DNA from: Priapulus caudatus
Taxonomy: Eukaryota
Assembly: GCF_000485595.1 (NCBI RefSeq)
Contig: NW_014577090.1
Span: 571,900-610,045, forward strand
DNA length: 38,146 nt
Reading direction: 5' to 3'
The notes below the pieces were generated by a model. It had not been told where the DNA came from and ran no database searches. It saw only the letters and a list, made by a program, of their open reading frames with translations. Below are positions 37,198 to 38,146 of this stretch, one piece after another. Positions within the stretch are counted from its first letter, which is position 1. The number at the start of each line of letters is the position of its first letter. Both the position numbers and the translations under genes were made by a program.

Positions 37198-37424
37198 ACT
37201 CTATATTAACTAATGTACAGCTCAATAGTCAACGTGAAGTATAGCTGTATATTCGTGTAACCTCATATATATCTAGTCTTAGCTATAGCCGTAGGGTGAT
37301 AGGCGTGATAGGGTGGTAGGGTGATCACCCTACGGCTACAGCTAAGGCTAGATATATGAGGTTACACGAATATACAGCTATACTTCACGTTGACTATTGG
37401 GCTGTACATTAGTTAATATAGAGT
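37198..37424. mobile_element. Foldback element D (227 bp; ~100-bp near-perfect arms)
   Basis: 37198-37300 is the reverse complement of 37324-37424 with few mismatches; spacer is made of AGGGTGAT-like units; no TSD identified. Confidence 0.85.
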
Positions 37425-38030
37425 TCATATAGAGACCAAATAGCTAAAAATTGGCCTATATATATATATATAACCCATATAGACTCAAAGTCATATATCA
37501 TATAGGCTATTTGATGCGCCGTATAGATTTTAGAGTTTCTTATAAAGACTGAATGTAGTGCTACATATATTACTGAATGATGAGCTATATTTCAGGTAGT
37601 ATATTGGATTACTACACTTGGGTTTAAACACAGTGGCTGAGCTACGCGTGTGTGGATGGCATGAAATGTATGCAAGGAGCGATGTGTACATGTCTGTGAG
37701 ACATGGGTACCATCTTATTTCACACAGATTTCGTCGCTGCGTGCAAGCGTTGATACAAGCACGCGAGATTTATCAGGTATAATCAGTGAAAAGTCTATCG
37801 TCACTACTTACGCAAGATCGCTTTAAAAAGTTCGTATGGCTGCATGAAGAAGGGTGGCAATTTCCGCTGGTGGATCTAACAGCAATTTCGTGCTCGTTTC
37901 GTTGATTTCTACATTTTCAATAGCACTAGAAAACGTTCTAATTCATCTCCGCAACATGCCGTAAAAGTACAAATTACATGACTTTATCTTAGATTCTTGC
38001 TGTTTGCTGGATATTGGGAGCGATCGCGGT

Positions 38031-38146
38031 CACAGGCACTTGGAACGTCTATAATCACCTGTAAATGCCGGTCAAATGCTCATCTGCAACACACAAGTAC
38101 ACCGCACGCCCGCCCGCGCTGTGCTGCGTGCACAAACAACATGAAT
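38031..38146. mobile_element. CACAGG MITE subtype B left arm with an internal deletion, running off the window
   Basis: CACAGGCACTTGGAACGTC joined directly to TATAATCACCTGTAAATGCCGG, skipping about 70 bp present at ~31617-31687. Confidence 0.9.

Larger units (their letters stand above)
37175..38146. repeat. Direct duplicate of 22904-~23936
   Basis: Colinear from (TTA)n-CTCTATATTAAC through CACAGTGGCTGAGCTACGCGTG to the MITE start. Confidence 0.92.

Overview
Repeat-dominated, apparently non-coding eukaryotic DNA from a draft scaffold with five N-gaps. Abundant CpG and (CA)n/(CACG)n tracts suggest an invertebrate animal (inference). No intact protein-coding gene, rRNA, tRNA or CRISPR array is supported; many of the longer listed ORFs are simply translated microsatellites and none resembles a protein I recognise. 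The real structure is a dense set of non-autonomous DNA transposons. (1) A family of ~0.4 kb, almost fully palindromic MITEs with CACAGGCACTTGGA ends and 8-bp TSDs (P-superfamily-like), about six distinct copies. (2) Two other foldback families. (3) A TTAA-flanked Kolobok-like MITE. (4) A hAT-like element with a possible transposase 5' remnant. (5) Two Helentron-associated (HINE-like) elements. Several of these are nested inside one another at 27.6-32.6 kb. A 22-bp minisatellite made of fused E-box+ETS motifs lies at 22.1-22.6 kb. Three kb-scale duplications (one inverted) with indel-rich copies near gaps most likely reflect long-read gap filling or uncollapsed haplotypes. I did not find a convincing novel gene-based system; the palindromic MITE family and its nesting behaviour are the most interesting signal.
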